A DNA stretch of 56,176 nucleotides from Candidatus Nomurabacteria bacterium (GCA_027347985.1 DAIEQH010000001.1:1-56176), one strand, 5' to 3'; counted from the first letter of the stretch, positions 33,179 to 42,516 are shown. Notes: generated by a model from the letters alone, not told the origin. Numbers and translations are program-made.

Positions 33179-34888
33179 TTAATAGATTTCTTTCTTATAA
33201 CACTCACTACAAAGCACTTTTTTAGGACCACCTTTTTCCTCTCGCAAATAAGTGGTGTTAATCTCTTTCTTACATAGAAAACATTCTCTTTTGTTTAAAA
33301 TCATAGGATTACGAAGCTTTAATCTTCTATTGTGTCGTTCTTCCGGATGAATCGAGGGTAACGGTAAATCAAATCTTCTATAAAAATTTAATTCTTGTTC
33401 TATAATTTTAAAAGGTTTACCGGTAATTTCACATTCGATAACTTCATTTAAAATAGAATCATTTACTTCAGAGATTGTCTTCGGTAAATCTTTACCTTTT
33501 ATTGTAACTTTATAAGAGCCAGGAATATATTCACGCCATAGGTATCCCTTCTCTTCTGCTGTTTTTTTATCTAAAGGAAAATAATCTTGAGCAACAGTTT
33601 CATTGTAAGCAAAAGGAGAAAGCTCGGAAGGAAAAAATTCACCATATTTATATACTCTACCTTTTTTGTCTACATATGGCATATCTAGCATATGCTGTTT
33701 TATTTTAGGAACCAGTTCTTCATATTTTTCTTTCGTATATTGTTTATTTAGAATACAGTATTTTTTCCCATTCATTTCTGTACAACCAAAACAATTCTGA
33801 CAATTATTCATCATAAAACTATAATAAATATCTTGAGAATACCAAATAATTGCACCCAAAAAACATTTACTATTTTCAACCCCAATACTTATACCTTCAT
33901 ATGTTAATTCTGAATTACCCCCAGAACCAGGACCGACATCATAAGCGTCACTACACCCCTGACTACCCCAATTTGCATATTTTACATTTTGAAATTCACC
34001 GTCTAAATCAAAAACATTATAACAATTGCGTGAGTTATATACATGGTCGCCGACAACATTTACAGTATTTACGAGTTTCACATCTCTATGAAATGCTTCT
34101 TCCCAAAGTTTTTTAAATTTGTTTCTAGCCTCTTCTATACCATCACGCGTGTTAAAAGCAAACTCATTTTTCTTCTTTAAATATTCCTCTTTTGTATATT
34201 GAATATTTTCAATGCAGTAAGTTTTATTTCTAAGATTAGTACATAAAATACAGTTAGAACAATTTCGGCAATCATATAAAAAATAAGAATCTAGGCAAGA
34301 TTCACTTTCTAGTGAAAAAAATAATCTACTGGAGTCTCGGCAATATACATTTTCATATCCGAACTCCAAATCATAACAAATATAAGAATCCTGAATAAAT
34401 TTACATCTAGATGCTCTATTGCAATATACGGAATCTTCACAATTCCAAGCTGCAGTAACTAAATAGCAGTTTTTCATTTCAACTGTTACATTACAAAATC
34501 TAGAATTTACCGACTTTGAATCAGATAAGGCAAGATGTGGCACTTCTTCCATAAGTTCAGCAAATTGTTTTAAAAATGGTTTAGAAAAATCATATTCTCT
34601 TCCATAAGAAGATGAATCCCATTTATCACTCCACCACATTTCTTTATCATAAGTTTTTACTCTAGCATCAGGATGAAAAACTGAGATAATTAAATCTTTT
34701 TTTCTCTCTTCTGCGTCTTGTCTACGAAACAACGAATGTTCATTTCGCCAAACGAGACGACGAGTTAGCCGACACTCTGGACACCAAGTAGGTGGAGGAA
34801 CTTTTATCTTTTCATAAAAATTAAAATCTTCCAACTCTATGGTAAAGTCTTTTTTGCAGTTCTGGCATTGTTTGATTTCTGATTTCAT
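33179..34888 (-). CDS. Cys-rich zinc-ribbon-capped protein, paralog 4
   Basis: 569 aa. CQNCKKDFTIE..FYEKIKVPPPTWCPECR. The x17 ribbon is degenerate. Two YCI.N.QYTKE.Y units. C-terminal CFLC-x20-CSEC. Confidence 0.7.
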   Translation of the reverse strand: MKSEIKQCQNCKKDFTIELEDFNFYEKIKVPPPTWCPECRLTRRLVWRNEHSLFRRQDAEERKKDLIISVFHPDARVKTYDKEMWWSDKWDSSSYGREYDFSKPFLKQFAELMEEVPHLALSDSKSVNSRFCNVTVEMKNCYLVTAAWNCEDSVYCNRASRCKFIQDSYICYDLEFGYENVYCRDSSRLFFSLESESCLDSYFLYDCRNCSNCILCTNLRNKTYCIENIQYTKEEYLKKKNEFAFNTRDGIEEARNKFKKLWEEAFHRDVKLVNTVNVVGDHVYNSRNCYNVFDLDGEFQNVKYANWGSQGCSDAYDVGPGSGGNSELTYEGISIGVENSKCFLGAIIWYSQDIYYSFMMNNCQNCFGCTEMNGKKYCILNKQYTKEKYEELVPKIKQHMLDMPYVDKKGRVYKYGEFFPSELSPFAYNETVAQDYFPLDKKTAEEKGYLWREYIPGSYKVTIKGKDLPKTISEVNDSILNEVIECEITGKPFKIIEQELNFYRRFDLPLPSIHPEERHNRRLKLRNPMILNKRECFLCKKEINTTYLREEKGGPKKVLCSECYKKEIY

Positions 34889-35001
34889 TTTATTTAAAAT
34901 TCCTCAACCAAAAAATTTTAACTCTAAATTTAATTGTCTGCCAAGCCATAGGCATGACATATCTGATATATTTTATTTTTGTTTTTATTCTTTCCATTTT
35001 A

Positions 35002-36780
35002 TTATATAAATTCTGCTTGATAACATTTCTCACAATATACTATCTCTTTTCTTTCAGGACTTATGGCTGTTTCAAATTCATTTTGACAAGGACTATTTCC
35101 GTGTATATGTTTTATGGTATTTTTATATACACCATCTTTTGATTCTACACCACTACACATACATTTTCTATGCCAAAGTTTTGGTGGATTTTTCTTTTTA
35201 ATTCGTTCACCATAACGACAATTTGGACATAAGTGAGGTAAAGCTATATTCGCCGAACGAAGAAACTGTAATTCATCAGGTAAAATGCGAAACACTTCAG
35301 TACATTCTTGTTTGCAATCTTCGTCTTTATGTTCACAAGAAATAACTTCATTTAATATAGAATCGTCTACTTCTTTTATATGATTTGGTAAATTTTCTGC
35401 TTTTATTGTTATTTGATAATTTTTTTCTTTCTTATCATACCATTTAAATCCTTTTTCCAATGCTTCCTCTTTACTTAATGGAAAATATTTATGTGCCCAA
35501 GTTTCATTATAGGCCCATAGAGAAAATTCACTTGGAAAATATTCACCATATTTGTATATTCTTCCTTTACTATCTATATAGGGCATTTCATTCATATGTT
35601 TAATAATTTTTGGTATTAGTTCTTCGTATTCAACTTTCCCGTATTGTTTATTTAAAATACAATATTTTTTATTTTTTAACTTTGTACAACCAAAACAATA
35701 AGAACAATTGTACATTTTTTCTGTATATGTTAAATCTCTAGAATCATAAGGAGCTCTACCAAAAAAACATCTTTGAGAGTGGAGGCCTCCAGAATTCTCA
35801 TAATAGAGTTCGGAACTACCGCCACCCAAAATAACATCATAACTATCTTTCAACAAAAGGCCACTAAGAAAAACATATTTACAATTTTCTATACCAAGAA
35901 GCGTAGAAAAACAAGTCTGACAATTTTTCGTTTGTTTTATATCATCCCCAGTAACATTTTTAGAGTTTATAATAATGGCAAAGCGTCTTGGAGTTTTGTC
36001 ATAGAGTTCTAAGAATTTTTTTTGTGCCTCCTGAATAGTCTTATAACTTCCTAAATCCCATTTCATCATTTCTTTCTCATACTCTTCTTTTGTGTATTGT
36101 TTATTAAAAATACAATATTTTTGATTTCTCAAATTAACACAACCAAAACAATTTGTGCATCCTATACAATTAAAAAGGAAAGAAGAATCGAGACATTCAT
36201 TTGAAAAATAGGTAAATTTCGTATTAAAAACTCCATTTGAATATATAGTTTCGTAAGTATGATCAGCATTTACAATTACATCGGAATCTAATAAATCTCT
36301 AGAAAATATTGGATTACCACAATAATAACAATTTATGCTTTGAAAAGATCCGAAAGTAAGCCTACAATTTTTACTACGTATAGTGGTATCACAATAATCG
36401 CAATCAGTACAATTTCTATTATCCGTAGCTTGGTAAGGTACTTCGTTTTGTAAATTCAAAAATTGTTCAAAAAATGGTTTTGAAAAATCATAGTCTCGTC
36501 CATAATCCAATTGATTCCAACTGTCTCCCCACCAGCAACTGTTACAATAGACAATATAAGAAGTATCAGGACGATATAAACTTACAATTTCTTTACCACA
36601 CTTATCACAACTATCTTTATATAAAAATCTATCTCCAATAAAAGTAAGTCGACGAATAAGTCTGCATTCCGGACACCAGGTCGGCGGAGGAACCTTAATT
36701 TTCTCATAGAAATTAAAGTCTTCGGGCTCAATCGTGAAGTCTTGTTTACAGTTTTGGCATTGTCGTGTTTCGTTTTTCAT
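35002..36780 (-). CDS. Cys-rich zinc-ribbon-capped protein, paralog 5
   Basis: 592 aa. CQNCKQDFTIE..PPPTWCPECR, CDKC-x17-CNSC, two YCI(F/L)NKQY units, and C-terminal C-x17-CEKC. Confidence 0.7.
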   Translation of the reverse strand: MKNETRQCQNCKQDFTIEPEDFNFYEKIKVPPPTWCPECRLIRRLTFIGDRFLYKDSCDKCGKEIVSLYRPDTSYIVYCNSCWWGDSWNQLDYGRDYDFSKPFFEQFLNLQNEVPYQATDNRNCTDCDYCDTTIRSKNCRLTFGSFQSINCYYCGNPIFSRDLLDSDVIVNADHTYETIYSNGVFNTKFTYFSNECLDSSFLFNCIGCTNCFGCVNLRNQKYCIFNKQYTKEEYEKEMMKWDLGSYKTIQEAQKKFLELYDKTPRRFAIIINSKNVTGDDIKQTKNCQTCFSTLLGIENCKYVFLSGLLLKDSYDVILGGGSSELYYENSGGLHSQRCFFGRAPYDSRDLTYTEKMYNCSYCFGCTKLKNKKYCILNKQYGKVEYEELIPKIIKHMNEMPYIDSKGRIYKYGEYFPSEFSLWAYNETWAHKYFPLSKEEALEKGFKWYDKKEKNYQITIKAENLPNHIKEVDDSILNEVISCEHKDEDCKQECTEVFRILPDELQFLRSANIALPHLCPNCRYGERIKKKNPPKLWHRKCMCSGVESKDGVYKNTIKHIHGNSPCQNEFETAISPERKEIVYCEKCYQAEFI

Positions 36781-36821
36781 GTTCTAATGCTTATTTTTGT
36801 CAAAGCCGAGCTTTGACATTT

Positions 36822-38492
36822 TTAGTTGATATTTTGCTTATAACACTCTTCACAAGCTATTTTTTGATATCCCCACTCTGGTAAATAATACGCTTCTATC
36901 TCCTTTTTACAATAAATACATTTATATGCATATGCTTGCAATACTGTTAAATCTTTCAAACTATTTTTTATTCTGACATCAAAATGCAACCTTGGGAGTG
37001 GAATATTATTTTCTTTATAAAAAATAAGTTCATTTTTTGCAATGTTAAAACGCCAGCCAGTTTCTGGGCAAATAAGCGCTTGAGTGATTATTGTATCCGA
37101 TACGTCTTTGATATCATCTGGCAATTCACTCGTTTGCATACCTTCTAAATTTTCTTCAACAATATCTTCCCAATAACCACCGAGTTTTAAGATATCTTCT
37201 TTTCTTGTCCTTGGGAAATAAGTAAAGCTGGTAGAAAAATTAAAAGGCCCAGCACTCATAGAATAAGGCAAAAACTTACCATATTCTCCTCTTTTTCTCA
37301 TGTCTTCAATAATCTTTGTCTTGAGCTTGTCGAAAGATTCTTTGGTGTATTGCTTATTTAAAATACAATATTTTTTCTTTTTTAAACCAACACAACCGAA
37401 ACAATATTCACACTCAATACATAAATCTATATATTCAGAATATCTTGAAGAAGACCAAACCGAATACTTAAGAGAAAAAGCATTTACACAGGCAGCACAA
37501 TTGCCAGATAATTCCATATACCAACAACCATTCGTATCAATGTTAGATTTTTCTTTTATTCCTCTAATACAATTAAAACAATCCTCACTTTCATTTATAG
37601 TATAACAACTATGACAATTCTTACAGTCTAACAAATAATCTCCAGTCGAATCATATATTCTAAAATTAAAGTTTGGTCTATGTATTACTTCTTTTTTTAC
37701 AATCTCTTCAAAGTGCTTCTTGTGATTTTGTATAGATTCATAAGAACCAAGCTTAAACGATTTTAATTTTTCTAAATACTCTTCCCTTTCATACTGAACA
37801 TTCTCTATACAATAGGATTTACCCCTTAAATTCCAACACATAAAACAATTCTGGCAGTTACGACAATCATAAAGAAAATATGAATCTACGCAATCTCGAG
37901 AGTGTTTGGAGTAAAATAGTTTGTAAGAATGATGACAGTCGCCAATTTCATAACATTTTTCTGAAGTAAAGCTGATAACTGCTTCGATAGAATTTTTAAC
38001 TTTCAAATCTCTATAACAATAATATAGGTCTTCACATTCTTCCATTGAGCGTGCTAAATAACAATTTTTAGAATTCCAGACATCATCACACCATTCGCAA
38101 TTTGTATTCTTTATACCATTCTGGTGCGGATGGGGGACTTTTTCTTGAAGCTCTTGAAGTTGTTCAAAAAACGACTTATTTTCATCATAATCTTGACCAT
38201 AATCCATCGCATCCCATTTATCGCTATACCATTCCGTGGAAGTATAAATCGGATAGCGATTTTTCTCTGGCAAAACTGTGATTAAACTTTCTCCCGAAAG
38301 GTCTGATTTACCTTTTCGAAATTTTCCAAACATCCAGAAAGATAAATGTATTTTTACACGACAAAAGAAACATATTACAGGTAATTCTATACCGACTTTT
38401 TCATACAAAGAAAGTTCCCCCTCTGTTATTTCAAAGGAATTATTACAGTGCTCACAAGTTTTACTTTGCTGTTTCATTGTACTCAAAAACAT
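36822..38492 (-). CDS. Cys-rich zinc-ribbon-capped protein, paralog 6 (most divergent)
   Basis: 556 aa. CEHCNNSFEITEGELSLYEK..CFFCR, two YCI(E/L)N.QY units, and C-terminal CIYC-x18-CEEC. An alternative start is M6 at 38477. With either start, the 5' end overlaps the grpE 3' end. Confidence 0.65.
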   Translation of the reverse strand: MFLSTMKQQSKTCEHCNNSFEITEGELSLYEKVGIELPVICFFCRVKIHLSFWMFGKFRKGKSDLSGESLITVLPEKNRYPIYTSTEWYSDKWDAMDYGQDYDENKSFFEQLQELQEKVPHPHQNGIKNTNCEWCDDVWNSKNCYLARSMEECEDLYYCYRDLKVKNSIEAVISFTSEKCYEIGDCHHSYKLFYSKHSRDCVDSYFLYDCRNCQNCFMCWNLRGKSYCIENVQYEREEYLEKLKSFKLGSYESIQNHKKHFEEIVKKEVIHRPNFNFRIYDSTGDYLLDCKNCHSCYTINESEDCFNCIRGIKEKSNIDTNGCWYMELSGNCAACVNAFSLKYSVWSSSRYSEYIDLCIECEYCFGCVGLKKKKYCILNKQYTKESFDKLKTKIIEDMRKRGEYGKFLPYSMSAGPFNFSTSFTYFPRTRKEDILKLGGYWEDIVEENLEGMQTSELPDDIKDVSDTIITQALICPETGWRFNIAKNELIFYKENNIPLPRLHFDVRIKNSLKDLTVLQAYAYKCIYCKKEIEAYYLPEWGYQKIACEECYKQNIN

Positions 38493-39042
38493 TCACTCGG
38501 GCGGCACGGATGACTCTATCGCCCAACTTATAGCCTTTTTGAATAACTTCAGATACTTTATGATTATCTTCTTTTTTGTCAGTTTGCGTCATGTCTATGG
38601 ATTGATGAATGTTCGGATCAAAAACTTCCCCCACCTCCCCTATTTCCTTTACTCCATATTCTTCAAAAATCGTATTGAGTTGAGCATAGATATACTCTAC
38701 ACCCTTGCGCCAATTTTCATCTACCTTTTCCCAAGATTCTTTATTGGCAAAAGCCATATTGAAACTATCAAGTACAGTTAAAAATCTAGTGAGAATACGC
38801 TCACGCATAACTTCTGAAAAATTAGTCCTTCTATCATCCTCTTGTTTTTTATAATTAGCGAAATCTGCTCGCTCTTTTTGCCAACCCGTCAAATATTCTT
38901 CCTTTTCCATTTTGCATGCCTTCAAATCGGCTCTTAATTTTTTGAGAGTCTTTTTAAAGTCTTCTTCACCATCCTCATTAAATTCAAATTCTAAAACTTC
39001 TGACTCAGGCTCAGATTCTTTTTTTACTTCATCATCTTGCAT
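38461..39042 (-). CDS. grpE: Nucleotide exchange factor GrpE
   Basis: Coiled N-terminal region, then FDPNIHQSI and VIQKGYKLGDRVIRAARVNV. Confidence 0.9.
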   Translation of the reverse strand: MQDDEVKKESEPESEVLEFEFNEDGEEDFKKTLKKLRADLKACKMEKEEYLTGWQKERADFANYKKQEDDRRTNFSEVMRERILTRFLTVLDSFNMAFANKESWEKVDENWRKGVEYIYAQLNTIFEEYGVKEIGEVGEVFDPNIHQSIDMTQTDKKEDNHKVSEVIQKGYKLGDRVIRAARVNVFEYNETAK

Positions 39043-39067
39043 AGTTTTATATTAACATAAAACAAAT

Positions 39068-39177
39068 AAAAACCAAGAACAAAATTTTTGTCGGTACGGA
39101 TTTTTTGAAGCTTAAAAAATCCTGAAATTGGCTCGCCGTCGCTCGCCAAACCCCTTAAAAACTTTTTCTTGGTTTTT
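39068..39177. repeat. About 110-nt MITE-like intergenic element, copy B (inverted relative to copy A)
   Basis: Terminal inverted repeats aaaaaccaagaa / ttcttggttttt. The core contains gctcgcc-gtc-gctcgcc and the hairpin ggatttttt-gaagctt-aaaaaatcc. Confidence 0.8.
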
Positions 39178-39183
39178 ATTTTT

Positions 39184-39627
39184 CTAACGTTTAGACCATT
39201 GTGGAGCTTTGCGGGCTTTCTTTAGACCAAATTTTCTGCGTTCTTTAGCTCTAGGATCGCGTTTAAGGTACCCTAATGTCTTCATCTTATGTCGTAGTTC
39301 AAGATCAAAAGAAACTAAAGCTCGAGCAAGTCCATGGCGAACAGCCTCAGCTTGAGAATGAACTCCACCACCAGAAACTTTCGCTTCTATTTTCCATTTA
39401 TAGTCTGTCTTTTCTCCACTACCAAGGCCCTTTATTATTGGGTCAGAAACTAAACGACGTTCTTCTTCAGTTTGGAAATATTCTTTCGCTTCTTTTCCGT
39501 TTACAACAAAACTCGTTTTAGCTGCTTGCCAAATACGAACTCTGGCTGTGGAAGTTTTTCTTCTACCTATTGCTTCAATGTATTCCTCTTTTGACTTCTC
39601 TTTTGTTGTTTTCTTTTCTTTATCCAT
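39184..39627 (-). CDS. rpsI: 30S ribosomal protein S9
   Basis: GRRKTSTARV and the C-terminal RKFGLKKARKAPQWSKR. Confidence 0.95.
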   Translation of the reverse strand: MDKEKKTTKEKSKEEYIEAIGRRKTSTARVRIWQAAKTSFVVNGKEAKEYFQTEEERRLVSDPIIKGLGSGEKTDYKWKIEAKVSGGGVHSQAEAVRHGLARALVSFDLELRHKMKTLGYLKRDPRAKERRKFGLKKARKAPQWSKR

Positions 39628-39638
39628 AATTATTAAAA

Positions 39639-40010
39639 TTAATCTACAACTACTAAGTTCTTCATCATTTCTCTTCTTAATTTATTTCCTGGAAGCATGT
39701 GATAAACAGCGAGTTTAACTAATTCTTTCATTCCTTTTTTCTCGGCTGTCTCTGTGCCCTTCAAAATACGAAGGCCGCCTCTGTATCCAGAATATCTAGT
39801 ATGAAAAATCTCATCTAATTTTTTAGTAGTGATTTTAATTTTCGAAGCATTCGTCACTCTTACTTTAAAACCAGAATAAACATTCCTTTCAAATGAAGGA
39901 CTATTTTTACCCATTAAAGAAACAGCCACTTCGCTTGCGACCCTACCTAGAGTTCTACCGCTTGCATCTATTATTTTTTGTTCAGTATTTTTCATATTAT
40001 TTTTATACAA
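39639..40010 (-). CDS. rplM: 50S ribosomal protein L13
   Basis: IDASGRTLGRVASEVAVSLMGK. An alternative start is M6 at 39995. Confidence 0.9.
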   Translation of the reverse strand: MYKNNMKNTEQKIIDASGRTLGRVASEVAVSLMGKNSPSFERNVYSGFKVRVTNASKIKITTKKLDEIFHTRYSGYRGGLRILKGTETAEKKGMKELVKLAVYHMLPGNKLRREMMKNLVVVD

Positions 40011-40356
40011 ATTCTATTAAAGCCATCGGCGCACCATCTGCCTTTCTAACTCCTAATTTCAAAACTCTAGTGTAGCCACCTTTCTTATCGGCATATTTCG
40101 GAGCGATAACTTCAAAAAGTTTCTTAACTTCTCGACTGCGGTTTGAAAGCTTTGCGATGACGACTCTACGTGTGGCCATATCACCTTTCTTTGCTTTAGT
40201 CACAAGCTTTTCTATAAAAGGACGCAATTCTTTGGCTTTTGGTTCTGTGGTCTTTATCTTTCCACGTACAATCAAATTTAAAGCTAAAGAACTTAACAAT
40301 TCCTTTCTTTGATTTTTATCTCTTCCGAATTTTCTTTTTGTGTTATGGTGTCGCAT
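40003..40356 (-). CDS. rplQ: 50S ribosomal protein L17
   Basis: MRHHNTKRKFGRDKNQRKELL. Confidence 0.93.
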   Translation of the reverse strand: MRHHNTKRKFGRDKNQRKELLSSLALNLIVRGKIKTTEPKAKELRPFIEKLVTKAKKGDMATRRVVIAKLSNRSREVKKLFEVIAPKYADKKGGYTRVLKLGVRKADGAPMALIEFV

Positions 40357-40383
40357 ACAATTTTAGTGGCGTTAAGCTCGTAG

Positions 40384-41376
40384 TTATTCTTTTAAATTAA
40401 GACCAAATTTACTAAGTACTTTTTTGATTTCAGTAATTCCTTTTTCTCCAATACCTTCAACATCAAGCAAATCTTCTCTCTTCTTTCTAGCAAGTCCTCC
40501 TAATGTCCTGATATTGGCAGCGGTAAGAGCATTTAGAGTTCTAGTCGAAAGATCAAGACTATCAGTACGAGTCTTCAAAACGTCAGTGAAGTCTTCAGCT
40601 TTCTTATTTTCTTCTTCGTTTTCTGATGAAGAAATTGCTTTTGCATTGTGAGCTGATTTTTTCTCTTCTTTAATTTCTTCTTCTGGTTCTTTAAAGTCAA
40701 TGATGGACTTTAATTGATATATCATTATTTCAATAGATTTAAGAAAAGCTTCGCGAGGAGTCAAAGTGCCATCTGTTTCAATTGAGATTCTCAAACGATT
40801 ATAGTTGGTATTGTCGCCAACACGCATATTTTCAACTTCATAAGCTACACGACGGATAGGAGTGAAAATACCATCAACTGCAATCATGCCGATATCTACT
40901 TTGTCTTTCTGCAAAACTTCTTTCGGAATAAAACCTAATCCTTTCTCAACTTTCATTTCAATATTTAAATTTATTTTACCTGTGACTTCAACAAGATGTA
41001 ATTCAGGATTTAAAATTTCTACTTGCCCACCAGTCTTTACATCTCTCGCTATCACTTCTTTTGGACCTTTTACTGAAAGTGTCACAGTTTGTGGTTCATC
41101 AGAAATCATTTTGAAACGAATCTTTTTCAAATTTAAAATCAAAACAATTACATCTTCTTTGATACCATCCATCGTCTGAAATTCATGAGAAATGCCATCT
41201 ATTTTGATAGACGTGATACTAGCACCTGGCAAAGAAGAAAGAATGATTCTTCTCAAACTGTTGCCTAGAGTGTGACCGTATCCAGGATACAAGCCATCTA
41301 TTTCAAATACTCCTTTATTTTCTTCTTCTAAAACAATACGAGGTTTAGAAGGCATAATTATTTTATATTCAGGCAT
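40384..41376 (-). CDS. rpoA: DNA-directed RNA polymerase alpha subunit
   Basis: GHTLGNSLRRILLSS-like N-terminal domain and the C-terminal LSTRTLNALTAANIRTLGGL HhH domain. Confidence 0.95.
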   Translation of the reverse strand: MPEYKIIMPSKPRIVLEEENKGVFEIDGLYPGYGHTLGNSLRRIILSSLPGASITSIKIDGISHEFQTMDGIKEDVIVLILNLKKIRFKMISDEPQTVTLSVKGPKEVIARDVKTGGQVEILNPELHLVEVTGKINLNIEMKVEKGLGFIPKEVLQKDKVDIGMIAVDGIFTPIRRVAYEVENMRVGDNTNYNRLRISIETDGTLTPREAFLKSIEIMIYQLKSIIDFKEPEEEIKEEKKSAHNAKAISSSENEEENKKAEDFTDVLKTRTDSLDLSTRTLNALTAANIRTLGGLARKKREDLLDVEGIGEKGITEIKKVLSKFGLNLKE

Positions 41377-41439
41377 AATTTTTAAAAAGTTATTTGATAA
41401 TACTTGCTCCGCCTAAGCAGAGAATAAATAATAAACAAA

Positions 41440-42045
41440 CTATCGACTATAAAATTCGAGAACAGCATTCAAATCAAGAAAAGTCTCAATATTCTTTGGT
41501 TTTGCTAAAATCTTTCCTTCCATCTTGGCAGCATCAAAAGAGAGCCAAGCAGGTGCATTATATTCTTTAAGTCTTTCAATTAAATTATCAAAAATTTTCT
41601 TTATTTTAGATCCTTCACGGATTTTAACAATATCTCCAACTTTCACTTCATAAGAAGGAACAGTCACTTTGTGATTATTTACAATAAAATGTCCGTGAGA
41701 AACCATTTGTCTTGCAGCTCTTCTGGAAGGAGCAAGCCCCATTCGGTAAACTACGTTATCTAAACGAGATTCTAATTCTTCATAAAATTTTTCTGCCGTA
41801 CCAGCACCTTTGATATGAGAAGCTTTCTCTACATAATTTGAAAGCTGACGTTCTGTAATACCATAAGAAAAACGAACTTTCTGTTTTTCAATAAGTTGTG
41901 CCCCATACTCTGAAAGTGCTTTTGGACGACGTGCTCCTGGGCCTGCAAATTTACCAGAAGAAGCACTAAATTTTGGGGTTTGACATTTGTCATATACTCC
42001 AGCTCCTAACCTTCTTCCTATTTTAAATTTTGGTTTACTTATCAT
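41440..42045 (-). CDS. rpsD: 30S ribosomal protein S4
   Basis: RLDNVVYRMGLAPSRRAARQMVSHGHF (S4 domain). Confidence 0.93.
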   Translation of the reverse strand: MISKPKFKIGRRLGAGVYDKCQTPKFSASSGKFAGPGARRPKALSEYGAQLIEKQKVRFSYGITERQLSNYVEKASHIKGAGTAEKFYEELESRLDNVVYRMGLAPSRRAARQMVSHGHFIVNNHKVTVPSYEVKVGDIVKIREGSKIKKIFDNLIERLKEYNAPAWLSFDAAKMEGKILAKPKNIETFLDLNAVLEFYSR

Positions 42046-42066
42046 ATATATTATTAAAAAATTAAA

Positions 42067-42516
42067 TTATACTCTTCTTGGTTTTTTAGCTTTTGGCCCA
42101 TTGTGTGGCACTGGAGTGGCATCTTTTATGGCAGTAATTTCTATACCATGAGCCATGAAAGCTCTAATGACTGGCTCACGCCCTGATCCGACACCTCGTA
42201 CTACTACATCAGATTCCTTTACTCCAAGAGCAGCTGCTTTGTCTCCAATCAAATCTCCTACTTTAGAAGCAGCGAATGGAGTTCCCTTTTTTGCTCCTCT
42301 AAAACCTAAACTTCCTGCGCTTGACCAAAATAGTGTATTACCTAACTTATCTCCAAAAAGAACTTTGGTATTATTAAAGGTCGCATCAATAAATAAAATA
42401 CCAGAAGTAATTTTTTTCTTTGGTGTTTTTGTCGTTACTTTTACTTCTCCTTCTTTTGGAGTAGTTTCTGCGTTGGATTCTTCCACTGGTTTAGTTGTAA
42501 GCTTTGTTTTTCCCAT
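42067..42516 (-). CDS. rpsK: 30S ribosomal protein S11
   Basis: The core GILFIDATFNNT..GFRGAKKGTPFAA..VRGVGSGRE, with an N-terminal Lys/Thr-rich extension. Confidence 0.93.
   Translation of the reverse strand: MGKTKLTTKPVEESNAETTPKEGEVKVTTKTPKKKITSGILFIDATFNNTKVLFGDKLGNTLFWSSAGSLGFRGAKKGTPFAASKVGDLIGDKAAALGVKESDVVVRGVGSGREPVIRAFMAHGIEITAIKDATPVPHNGPKAKKPRRV

Noticed and set aside
36798-36818. The perfect palindrome tgtcaaagc-cga-gctttgaca as a terminator between Cys-rich paralogs 6 and 5.
   Set aside because: The T-run follows the hairpin only on the plus strand. On the transcribed minus strand it is followed by an A-run, so it is not a canonical intrinsic terminator for these genes. It is kept only as a note.
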